From the IMG/VR virus record IMGVR_UViG_3300010358_000009, positions 1 through 34,262 of that record: a stretch of DNA of 34,262 nt, one strand, 5' to 3'. The translations under genes were made by a program, and so were the position numbers. The notes beneath the pieces were generated by a model. The model saw only the letters and a program-made list of their open reading frames with translations. It was not told the origin of the DNA and did no database searches. Below, in pieces: positions 17,610-25,800 of the stretch. The stretch comes from a virus (Duplodnaviria; Caudoviricetes). Every line of letters starts with the position of its first letter. The stretch's first letter is position 1.

Positions 17610-20281
17610 TAGTCCACCTCGAATTTCTTTTGTGTAGTGTGGTAATAAATCTTATCAGTCCTATAACTATCACCCGGTAACTCTACTGCCGCGAATTGCT
17701 CAGTAACAGTTTTAGGTGGCATAGTCATTAGTTCTACTGGCTCGGATATAATTGGAACGTCTCGGAATTTTTTAAAGTCGCGATAATTTTTACCAGTTTC
17801 AATTTCGCAGGGGATTTTGAGATGTCTACGCGGTAATGAACACTTACTAAAATCAATGGGTCTTTCCATTTCCTTACGGATAATCGGGACGTAAGTCTGT
17901 AACTTCGATACAGGTATGCTAAACAAAAGCGCGTCGTGAGACTCCATAACAATCTTGATATGTGGAATCTGCTTTTTGATACGTAAAGCTGCGGCCTTCG
18001 TGTTATCTGTAACTGCTCTTTGAGGTATGTATGAAAATCCTTGACGGAATAATTCATCACCCCAACGCTCGAAGAATGTTCGTTTTCCACCAATAGGACT
18101 GTTAACGCCGTATGGGACTGGGGCAACCAATTGCCTGTTTTTTCGCAACGCTTCCACAATGCCATTTTGAAATACCTGTTGAATCTTAGGTTGTTTGTAG
18201 TGGAATACTTTTAGTGCTTGTTCGGCTATCGCTTGGGTAATAGCGACAGGAATTTTATACTTGCGGGCAGAGGTATTAACTTCGATAGCCGCACGTTTAG
18301 GACCTGCCCCCAAATGACCAGCATGCCGCAATGTTTTTCCGACAAAACGAGTTGGATGTTCATATCCCAATACTTTCTTGGAATAATCAGCCTCAACTCC
18401 ACCGAAGAACCATGATGCTGTCCAAGCGTGATAATCGATTTCATCGACTAACCTCAATGCTTCTTCATCATTAGCGAGTAACCATACTACTCTGGCCTCA
18501 GCTTGTGATGAGTCCGCTTGTACAAATATTTCTTCTTCCTCTATTGGAACTGGGACTAATACACCAGTTTCATTATCCTGATACCACTCATAGTGATAAT
18601 CATCGGGGACATACATACCTCGTATATCTGCTCCGATGTCACCATGCTTAGTCATTGTCTGGAACGCGATGCCTAGAACTTTGTCTTTCTTCTTTCCATT
18701 TTCATCAATGACTTCAACATTTGGTCTAATTGGGATGTCTTGCTGTCCAGTAGAAGTTCTGCCGGTATCGAGACAAGGGAAGTAAGTTGTTCGCATTCTT
18801 CCATCGTAATCCGGCATGGCCATAAGATAGGTGGAGATACTCTTTCTAACTCTTCTATCTTCCAATATAAGTTCGATAATGCGCCGGTGGAAGTCGGGTC
18901 TTTTATTCCAAGTGGATTGTGTATTAAGAATAGCCGTGAGTTCTTCTTCACCTGTTCCATCCCTTCGTGGAAATTTAAGATTCTCCCATAACAAGGATTG
19001 AACTTGTTTAGGACTATTGACATTAATTTCTGTTCCTGTTAGTTTAAAGAGTTCATATCTAAGATTTTCATCCCAAGCGATATATTTCTTAAGTAGAACA
19101 TCACGTTCATTGGGGTCTACACGAAATCCTTGTCTTTCGATATCCCAATATAGACCTGGAAGTTCCATTAAGAAGTTTTCGTAGAACTGACGTTGACCCA
19201 ATTCATCTAAGTCAGCATTCATAGCCTCATCTAATTCAAATGTTACACATGCATCTCGCGCACATCCGAGTAGAAGGTCTTGGATAGACCCTTGATACAT
19301 ACCTTCATTCTTATAGAAAGGTTCTTCCGTAAAGAGGGACGTATTAAACGCAAGTCCTTTTGGAAGTTCCGGATTAATGGCATGAGCCTTAAGCATTGTA
19401 TCTGATACAAGCTTCCGAATGATGAATCCAAGTCGTTTAATTTTATCTCTATCATAATTGAAGTTTTGTCCGACGATTTCCTTTTCATACAACATCTCCG
19501 CAAGTATAATCCAGATTTGAACTAAATTGGAATCGGGTATAGTTGATATACCATCAGCATTCCATAGCGGAACCGTCATCCCATGATGCTTACTGAATGA
19601 CAATCCAATACAAATAGGGATACAAGTTCCGTTAGCCTCGATGTCAACGGACATTCGTATCTTATCTTTATATCGTTGTCTAAACTCAGAAAGTTGTGCG
19701 GAATTCCTACAGATTTCTAAATGACGTGAAGGAAGGATACGCTCAGGGAATTTGGATTGGGCTAATGCTCGACGCATATCGAATGCGATAATCTGTCGAT
19801 TCCAATAACCCTTAAACTCTACATCTGTAGCGTGCCAAGAAAGGTGGGCGGGATTATAGGTAGGAACGAACTTAGTGCTCATTCCATATAGGATGGACCC
19901 TCTATAATCCTGTATCTGAGTTTTACCAGATAGTGCCCATAATGCGGCTTTACCTAACGCGAGGATGCAATTAGGTTTAATTGATGTTATTTCTTGTTGC
20001 AGTTCTGCTAACTGTTGGTCTATATCAATGCCGACGCTTTTCGCGCGAACGTGGAAGGGTAGACGTTTCTTCCCTATGTTCGGTGGAACTTCATATTTTG
20101 AAACTGTAGTGAACCAGCAGTTTTCGCGACGAATACCAGTATCGGGTAGTAATTGATTAAACTCTCTTGCGTCAGTAAAACACTTGCCGATAGAAGTATC
20201 TTTTGGTGTAGGTGAATCACCTAGCACCATTAATTTGGCCCCTAATGGACCATGACCCGCTACGTATTTAAGCTCGTTCAC
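17609..20281 (-). CDS. polA: Family A DNA polymerase with N-terminal uracil-DNA-glycosylase-like domain (SPO1-type architecture)
   Basis: UDG-like GHGPLGAKLMVLGDSP...ILALGKAA; ExoI SVDIEA; ExoII GQNFNYD; TGRTS; motif A QADSSQAEAR; motif B RFVGKTLRHAGHLG; motif C ESHDAL. Confidence 0.95.
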   Translation of the reverse strand: MNELKYVAGHGPLGAKLMVLGDSPTPKDTSIGKCFTDAREFNQLLPDTGIRRENCWFTTVSKYEVPPNIGKKRLPFHVRAKSVGIDIDQQLAELQQEITSIKPNCILALGKAALWALSGKTQIQDYRGSILYGMSTKFVPTYNPAHLSWHATDVEFKGYWNRQIIAFDMRRALAQSKFPERILPSRHLEICRNSAQLSEFRQRYKDKIRMSVDIEANGTCIPICIGLSFSKHHGMTVPLWNADGISTIPDSNLVQIWIILAEMLYEKEIVGQNFNYDRDKIKRLGFIIRKLVSDTMLKAHAINPELPKGLAFNTSLFTEEPFYKNEGMYQGSIQDLLLGCARDACVTFELDEAMNADLDELGQRQFYENFLMELPGLYWDIERQGFRVDPNERDVLLKKYIAWDENLRYELFKLTGTEINVNSPKQVQSLLWENLKFPRRDGTGEEELTAILNTQSTWNKRPDFHRRIIELILEDRRVRKSISTYLMAMPDYDGRMRTTYFPCLDTGRTSTGQQDIPIRPNVEVIDENGKKKDKVLGIAFQTMTKHGDIGADIRGMYVPDDYHYEWYQDNETGVLVPVPIEEEEIFVQADSSQAEARVVWLLANDEEALRLVDEIDYHAWTASWFFGGVEADYSKKVLGYEHPTRFVGKTLRHAGHLGAGPKRAAIEVNTSARKYKIPVAITQAIAEQALKVFHYKQPKIQQVFQNGIVEALRKNRQLVAPVPYGVNSPIGGKRTFFERWGDELFRQGFSYIPQRAVTDNTKAAALRIKKQIPHIKIVMESHDALLFSIPVSKLQTYVPIIRKEMERPIDFSKCSLPRRHLKIPCEIETGKNYRDFKKFRDVPIISEPVELMTMPPKTVTEQFAAVELPGDSYRTDKIYYHTTQKKFEVD

Positions 20282-20469
20282 TTAGTTTTCTCAGCGTAAA
20301 TACGTTCGAGTATATCGTGTTGTGTGGGACTACATTCGCGGTTATAACTTAAGCGTAGAGATACTGAGTCTAGAAAACCCCTTTCCCAATCACTTAATTT
20401 ACTTTCGGCTTCAGTGAGGATTGTTTCTAACCAGTATTTCTCAGTCTTGAGTATCTCTGACTCTGGCAT
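20278..20469 (-). CDS. Conserved small phage protein
   Basis: LSDWERGFLDS...SPTQHDILERI pattern; GGGAGG RBS. Confidence 0.65.
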   Translation of the reverse strand: MPESEILKTEKYWLETILTEAESKLSDWERGFLDSVSLRLSYNRECSPTQHDILERIYAEKTK

Positions 20470-20722
20470 AACGCCTCCCATTAACCTTATCTAATGCTTC
20501 TTGTCGAGTAGTTAAAGTCATATAGACAGTTGGGTTCAGGTGTAATGCGCCAGCCAGTTTCAAGTTTTCCGAAACTAATCCGATGCTACAACTAAACGAC
20601 TCAGCCGTCATAGCAATAGTCCAACCCTTATTACGTTGGGTCATAGCTAAGTGGTAAAGTTCCATTATAGTGGCTTTACCATACCATGTCGTTTCTTGTT
20701 CATACCTCTCGACGAATGTCAT
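20441..20722 (-). CDS. HTH protein (ParB-type HTH-like)
   Basis: GWTIAMTAESFSCSIGLVSENLKLA. Confidence 0.6.
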   Translation of the reverse strand: MTFVERYEQETTWYGKATIMELYHLAMTQRNKGWTIAMTAESFSCSIGLVSENLKLAGALHLNPTVYMTLTTRQEALDKVNGRRYARVRDTQD

Positions 20723-20731
20723 TTCATCAAT

Positions 20732-20893
20732 CTACTCCATCTGACCAATAACGGCCTGAATCTGGTCTTTAATCTTCTTTATTTGCCATAGTATCTGTTG
20801 TCTGCGTGGTGGTGATTTAAGAGTATTAGCCAAGTTCTCAATAGTTTTGACTGATTCCCACATCTTCAGCCATTCATCTCTAGTTAGTGACAT
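20732..20893 (-). CDS. Hypothetical protein (53 aa, not in ORF track)
   Basis: MSLTRDEWLKMWESV...AVIGQME; GGAG RBS; fills the gap. Confidence 0.55.
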   Translation of the reverse strand: MSLTRDEWLKMWESVKTIENLANTLKSPPRRQQILWQIKKIKDQIQAVIGQME

Positions 20894-20895
20894 AG

Positions 20896-21471
20896 TTATC
20901 TCCACATACAGTCGTTACAAACAAAGTGTTCACCGAAGAACGCAGTTAGTTTAGTTATGCCGCATTTGCTGCACATTCTTAATGTCTTGTCCTTAGTAAA
21001 GTCAAATCCTCTCTTTCTATCTTTTTCTGCTTGTTCAGCTTCCTTTTTCATATTTGCGTCACGTTCGCGACGCTTATATTCCTCAGACTGACGATACTCA
21101 CGTTCTGCGTTTTCATCCCTACGACGCTTCTCACTATCAGATGGACCCGGATTAGGTCTACTTTTAGGACGTGAGCCACCAAACCCTGTCCATTCACCTT
21201 GTCTGGGACCGTCGTAATCGAATCCATACGCATAATGACGATTCCCCATATTGCGGAGAATGTCATACAAATCCTCAGTATCAAATGGATTACCTTGACG
21301 TTGTGCGCGTGGTTCTGATTGTTGATTAGGCGGAGGAGTAGCATCCTTTGCGAATATGAAGTTAGCTTCAGCCAATAATTTGCACACCTTACGTGCAGCC
21401 GCGTTAGCTTCATTCTCATTAGGATTGTTGTTTGCTAACTTTGCTAGTTTCGTTATCAGGTCGAAGTTCAT
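20896..21471 (-). CDS. DUF2786-domain protein with C-terminal Zn ribbon
   Basis: ITKLAKLANNNPNENEANAAARKVCKLL; CSKC...CNDC. Confidence 0.7.
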   Translation of the reverse strand: MNFDLITKLAKLANNNPNENEANAAARKVCKLLAEANFIFAKDATPPPNQQSEPRAQRQGNPFDTEDLYDILRNMGNRHYAYGFDYDGPRQGEWTGFGGSRPKSRPNPGPSDSEKRRRDENAEREYRQSEEYKRRERDANMKKEAEQAEKDRKRGFDFTKDKTLRMCSKCGITKLTAFFGEHFVCNDCMWR

Positions 21472-21681
21472 CTAGTCTCCGATTATGTCATCAATATATG
21501 CACATTGTCTTGGATTACAGACGTGAAAATTAAGACAGATTGTTACAAAGTAAACAAATTGTCCGTCATCCAAATCATTAGTTCGTTGAAGCAGTTGGTC
21601 TACTGTAAATTCAATATCTACAGCAGAACCAACTGCACCAACAATTAGAGTTCTAAGAAACTCCCTTCGGTTTAGTTTCAT
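21472..21681 (-). CDS. Small protein with twin-arginine (Tat)-like signal
   Basis: MKLNRREFLRTLIVGAVGSA. Confidence 0.6.
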   Translation of the reverse strand: MKLNRREFLRTLIVGAVGSAVDIEFTVDQLLQRTNDLDDGQFVYFVTICLNFHVCNPRQCAYIDDIIGD

Positions 21682-21991
21682 TCTGTAGAACTCGAATCTT
21701 TATCGCCCGCCACCCTTTACCGTCTACTTCCACAGGTGTAAACTCAACCTTCATACCATTCTTCAATGATTGGAAGTTAAGCGTATCCTGCCGTAGTGAT
21801 GTCCAGTGAAAAAAGATTCGAGTGTATTTGATATCCAATGAGGAAATGAAACCCCATCCCTCAGCAGATACCTTGATAATCTTTCCGACAATACGCCGTT
21901 CCTCTGGCTTAATCTCGGAAGTATCAGTCTTAGTAGGAATTTCTTCGTTCTGAAAAAATTCCTTGAACGCTGGATTCAGTTCTTCACCCAT
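21653..21991 (-). CDS. Cold-shock domain protein 2
   Basis: GKIIKVSAEGWGFI, IFFHWTSL, FQSLKNGMKVEF, KGWRAIKI; GGAG RBS. Confidence 0.85.
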   Translation of the reverse strand: MGEELNPAFKEFFQNEEIPTKTDTSEIKPEERRIVGKIIKVSAEGWGFISSLDIKYTRIFFHWTSLRQDTLNFQSLKNGMKVEFTPVEVDGKGWRAIKIRVLQNETKPKGVS

Positions 21992-22049
21992 GCTCCATTA
22001 CCCCTTCACGAAAGTAGTTAGTGTTATTGGAGCATCTGCCATGTGCTCA

Positions 22050-22325
22050 TTATTGGGCAGTCTTCTCTTGACGTTTCTTACGCCACATTGCTTTCATCCT
22101 TTTAGAGATGATAGCTCTAGCGGCGGCACTCATCTTAGGTCTGGAAGGTTTCACAACCTTCTTAGTCTTACGATATTTCCTTGGTCTGATATGCAAGGTT
22201 GTGTCGGAATCTTGCGCGAAGTGCTTACCAATTTCAAGCAACTTCTGTAAACCAAGTTCGACAAGATATTCCTTTTCTTTCTCACTAACTTGCACGACCA
22301 TCGGATTGCGTAGTGACTTATCCAT
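22050..22325 (-). CDS. Basic putative DNA-binding protein
   Basis: 91 aa from MDKSL; K/R-rich tail KMSAAARAIISKRMKAMWRKKR. Confidence 0.55.
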   Translation of the reverse strand: MDKSLRNPMVVQVSEKEKEYLVELGLQKLLEIGKHFAQDSDTTLHIRPRKYRKTKKVVKPSRPKMSAAARAIISKRMKAMWRKKRQEKTAQ

Positions 22326-22548
22326 TGTTCTTTTTCCTCGTGATATACTTTGGACGTTTAAACCCAAAGTATTCAATAATGATTTCTTCGAGAACCCATC
22401 CAACAGATTTATTTTCGTGGAGTGCAATTGTCTTAAGACCCTGCTTAACTTCTGGTGGGAGTCTATGTCCAATTGAGTCACGAATATCTCCGTTAGCAAG
22501 TCTCGGCGAAATCGTTCTAGTTTTCTTCGGATTACCTTTGCCTGCCAT
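22318..22548 (-). CDS. Ribbon-helix-helix DNA-binding protein
   Basis: SIGHRLPPEVKQGLKTIALHENKSVGWVLEEII. Confidence 0.6.
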   Translation of the reverse strand: MAGKGNPKKTRTISPRLANGDIRDSIGHRLPPEVKQGLKTIALHENKSVGWVLEEIIIEYFGFKRPKYITRKKNNG

Positions 22549-22766
22549 TACTGCACATCTTCAACAATAACGGGAGGATGGTCTCTCCGAACTACTCTGA
22601 TGATTTGAACAACAATGACAGTATTCGCTTCACCATTCTGAACCTTTCGCTTTGCTTCGTTAATAGCATCGGAAAGGTCAGCATGTGTTGAACCTGCATT
22701 CTTGCCATCTTCAATTGCTTTTGCGATGTGACTCGCACCAACGTAGTACTTGTTAATCATTCTCAA
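22548..22766 (-). CDS. Hypothetical protein
   Basis: AAGGAG RBS (start TTG 22766 or ATG 22760); TAATG coupling downstream. Confidence 0.6.
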   Translation of the reverse strand: MRMINKYYVGASHIAKAIEDGKNAGSTHADLSDAINEAKRKVQNGEANTVIVVQIIRVVRRDHPPVIVEDVQ

Positions 22767-22783
22767 TCTCCTTAGTTGAGGGC

Positions 22784-22964
22784 GGGGAACCTACCAGTGT
22801 AATACGTTGGCTTAGCCAATACGTCGGTAGGCTCCCCTATCATTACATAACCTTATGGCCCCGTCTGGCGATTAATGTGTTCCATCCGTCTGGTATAGTA
22901 TTAATAGGTAGCTACTTACTCGCTACAATTAATAGGTGGAACTAGGTATTGTCCGGTTATGCAA
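22784..22964 (-). ncRNA. Putative structured RNA (two nested domains)
   Basis: Stems 22843-52/22955-64 and 22784-95/22826-37 each have one mismatch that is a G-U pair only on the minus strand; inner stems 22879-84/22937-42, 22908-12/22922-26 and 22807-11/22815-19. Confidence 0.5.
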
Positions 22965-22972
22965 CGAATCTG

Positions 22973-23152
22973 TTAGTCTTTGTCAGTTGGTTCTTCCTCA
23001 GATTCCTCGTCGATGTCTGAATCTTCATCCTCTGGAACTTCCGTCGAATCTTCATCGACGGTTCCTTCAGATGCATTCTCTTGGTCAATACGGGTCTGTT
23101 CATCCATATCAACCGTTTCGTCATCAGCCATCATACGAAATCCTTCAGTCAT
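22973..23152 (-). CDS. Highly acidic small protein
   Basis: 59 aa with 27 D/E and 3 K/R; AAGGAG RBS. Confidence 0.65.
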   Translation of the reverse strand: MTEGFRMMADDETVDMDEQTRIDQENASEGTVDEDSTEVPEDEDSDIDEESEEEPTDKD

Positions 23153-23189
23153 GGTAGTCTCCTTGTTAGTGGGCGTAATTGCCCAATAT

Positions 23190-23612
23190 CTACGAACGTG
23201 CGACCGGGGTAACTTCCGGACGAATCTCACGATACTTATGATTCACACGATTGACTGTGCGATTCTGATAGGTATCGTTTTCTACGAAAACGTCCACTTC
23301 CTTACCCTCGGCAGATTTAAGGTCGAAACGCTTACCAGCTTCAACCTTAACTCCGAAAGCCTGTAGGAAACCTACTGCAAAGCCAATAGCCTTGCTATTG
23401 AAGTTCCAGTCAACAGGGACACTAGCGAATTGTGTATCACCGGTGTCACCTTCGAATAGAATAGTAGCTTCCACAGGGTAGTTAGTAGATGGACCCTTTG
23501 ATTGGTCTTTCGCGGGGCCTTCACCTACACTGTCAATTCTGACCCTATACCACGCTGGAGTTACGACTGTTCCACGTAGCATGTCACGGTCAGAGAATTG
23601 AACAATAGCCAT
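23190..23612 (-). CDS. Putative ssDNA-binding protein (DUF669-like OB fold)
   Basis: TPAWYRVRIDSV...FDLKSAEGKEVDVFVENDTYQNRTVNRV; directly after the Sak4-like ATPase; GAGGTG RBS. Confidence 0.65.
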   Translation of the reverse strand: MAIVQFSDRDMLRGTVVTPAWYRVRIDSVGEGPAKDQSKGPSTNYPVEATILFEGDTGDTQFASVPVDWNFNSKAIGFAVGFLQAFGVKVEAGKRFDLKSAEGKEVDVFVENDTYQNRTVNRVNHKYREIRPEVTPVARS

Positions 23613-23621
23613 GTTTCACCT

Positions 23622-24464
23622 CTATGCTGAGAACGATGTTGTTGGTGGTTTTTGTGGTAGTGATGGTTGTTGTATTCGTTGGATAGGACTTTCAGCTTCC
23701 AGTTTCCTGATGGCGGGTTCAACCCATTTCTCATACAGGGGTTCAGAGTTGAATGTAATCTCTTTACTTAGTGGAAGTGAAGTTCTCGCATAGTCATTCC
23801 CGGTGTGAGTTGTCATTAACGCATATTGTCCCTCCTTTTCAGCATCAAACTCTGTCTTAATGTTAAAGTGATATACCTCAGTCATGTAACTTGCGAGCTT
23901 CGCTGATATCTTCTCAGCACCAGTAACGATTGTGCGAGAGTGATGCGTCAACTTGTTAGCATCATTATCTTTGCGAACCGCGATTACATGGGCAATGAGG
24001 ATGATATGCACTTTATGAAACTTGTGAATATCCTTCAGCATGGCAATCATCTCTTGAAATGCCGATGCCTCAGCGTTAAACTCCTCAAATCCTGCTACTG
24101 GAATACCGCCGATTACCTTACCGTCGCCTTGTGTTCTCTTTAACTTCTTAACCTGACTAGTCATAGCATCACCTATCGAAGTGATACTATCGACTATAAT
24201 TGTCTTAAACGGACAGTTTAACTGGAGTTGCTTCATTTTCGCGCAGGGAGCATCCCAATCCTTATAATCATCGAATTGGATGTCTTTTCTTAAATCTACT
24301 CCCCAACGCTTTGCTGGTAATACTAATGCTTCCATTTTCTGGTCAGTTGAAAACCAATATTGAGGCTTAGGGTAGGATAGGGCACAAGTTGATTTGCGTG
24401 TGCCCGGCTCACCTTTAAGCATCGTAAATAGAGCGTCTAGTTTAACATCAGCAAGGCTTGGCAT
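23622..24464 (-). CDS. Sak4-like / AAA_24 ATPase (ssDNA annealing/recombination)
   Basis: Walker A GEPGTRKST, Walker B IIVDSIT, ILIAH. Confidence 0.8.
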   Translation of the reverse strand: MPSLADVKLDALFTMLKGEPGTRKSTCALSYPKPQYWFSTDQKMEALVLPAKRWGVDLRKDIQFDDYKDWDAPCAKMKQLQLNCPFKTIIVDSITSIGDAMTSQVKKLKRTQGDGKVIGGIPVAGFEEFNAEASAFQEMIAMLKDIHKFHKVHIILIAHVIAVRKDNDANKLTHHSRTIVTGAEKISAKLASYMTEVYHFNIKTEFDAEKEGQYALMTTHTGNDYARTSLPLSKEITFNSEPLYEKWVEPAIRKLEAESPIQRIQQPSLPQKPPTTSFSA

Positions 24465-24621
24465 CTGCTAATTTCAACTCCAATTCTATCCAATGCAATA
24501 AAAGCGCAGCTTCCACCTGTTCCCACCATATTTCAAAGCAGGATTCAGAACAGAAGCTTGTTGATTCGTTGTTGTGTGGACAATTACAAACAATACAGCA
24601 ATGCTTAGTCGTATTCTCCAT
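24448..24621 (-). CDS. Small Zn-binding protein (57 aa, not in ORF track)
   Basis: MENTTKHCCIVCNC...FCSESC; AGAGG RBS. Confidence 0.5.
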   Translation of the reverse strand: MENTTKHCCIVCNCPHNNESTSFCSESCFEIWWEQVEAALLLHWIELELKLADAKPC

Positions 24622-24689
24622 TAGTGTTACCTCTTATTTTTGCGAGATGACTCTCGCTAATAGTGTCCCCTGACGGGGAATATTTCATC

Positions 24690-25004
24690 CTACGAAACCT
24701 TTGTCTCAGTTCCCTCCAAAAACTCAGTAATAGCATTAACATCAGTTTCTACCTTCTTCTTTGTGCAGTCAATACAATGTGGTCTAGCCATAGGTTTACC
24801 CTCTGAGCCAGTCATTACTAACTTAGTAATAACCATAGGCTCACCACACCGATTGCATTCGCACATTTTACCTTCTGCTAAATGCAGAGGAACATAGTGT
24901 GAACAAACTGGCTTCACACATTTATATACGAGGTAATCCTTGCCATTACGGCCTAGATTTACCTTCTTATAACGATGGATGTGATTAATGCTATGTTTAC
25001 TCAT
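24690..25004 (-). CDS. Zn-binding hypothetical protein
   Basis: HIH...C....CSH, CNRC and CIDC. Confidence 0.6.
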   Translation of the reverse strand: MSKHSINHIHRYKKVNLGRNGKDYLVYKCVKPVCSHYVPLHLAEGKMCECNRCGEPMVITKLVMTGSEGKPMARPHCIDCTKKKVETDVNAITEFLEGTETKVS

Positions 25005-25208
25005 TTAACCCTTAAATACTTTCTGTAGCATGTCGTTGTGCCACTTTGCTCTAGCATTTTTAACTAATCGTTCGTTAATAATGCCAAGGATAGTATCCTT
25101 TGAAGCCAATAAAAGCATTTCCTCAAAGGATTGGAATGTTTCAACGTCTATAACTTCTTCACGTCTTTCCAATCCATGCATACGACAAGTAATTTGAATA
25201 GTTTTCAT
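25005..25208 (-). CDS. Hypothetical protein
   Basis: 67 aa, GAGG RBS. Confidence 0.55.
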   Translation of the reverse strand: MKTIQITCRMHGLERREEVIDVETFQSFEEMLLLASKDTILGIINERLVKNARAKWHNDMLQKVFKG

Positions 25209-25375
25209 TTGGTTTCCTCAAACACGACAGTTTTAACTACTCGTACTATTCGCATAGGATACACTTCACCACTATTCTCCTTGATGTAGTGCATTGCATC
25301 CGTCTGCCTATCGTATTTATTAATAATTGCCCAAGTAGTTCCAAACTTCACTTGGACTTCATATTTTTTACTCAT
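25205..25375 (-). CDS. Hypothetical protein (56 aa, not in ORF track)
   Basis: MSKKYEVQVKFG...VFEETK; TAATG and ATGA couplings at its two ends. Confidence 0.55.
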   Translation of the reverse strand: MSKKYEVQVKFGTTWAIINKYDRQTDAMHYIKENSGEVYPMRIVRVVKTVVFEETK

Positions 25376-25557
25376 TAGTCAGCTTCTACTCCTTCCATCT
25401 TCTCAAGTGAGAGATAGACTTCACCATTACCACCAACTAACTCATGTGCAACTTCACCATCAGCACAGAAGTCTTTGAATGTTTCGTATACATCTTTCAA
25501 TTCAAATTCTTCTTCAGAATTAACCGCGATGGTCAGTTGGATGATTGCTGCTCTCAT
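25375..25557 (-). CDS. Hypothetical acidic protein
   Basis: 60 aa, GAGG RBS. Confidence 0.55.
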   Translation of the reverse strand: MRAAIIQLTIAVNSEEEFELKDVYETFKDFCADGEVAHELVGGNGEVYLSLEKMEGVEAD

Positions 25558-25798
25558 TGTTATTCCTCTTAAGGATTAACTCAACATCCTTAAACATGAT
25601 ACCGTTATTCGGACCCAATGCTACATGTATGAGAGTCTTGTTATCCCAATCAGTCCAGTGGTCTTGATTATCCACTGCCCAATTGAAAAATGACTGGCAC
25701 ACATTACCATAGGTTTCACTATCAACCTCGAATGTGTCAGGCCACTTTCCTAATGCAAATGTGTTATTAAAATGACTTCTCAATTCCTCAGCAGTCAT
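25520..25798 (-). CDS. Hypothetical protein
   Basis: 92 aa, GAGG RBS. Confidence 0.6.
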   Translation of the reverse strand: MTAEELRSHFNNTFALGKWPDTFEVDSETYGNVCQSFFNWAVDNQDHWTDWDNKTLIHVALGPNNGIMFKDVELILKRNNNESSNHPTDHRG

Positions 25799-25800
25799 TG

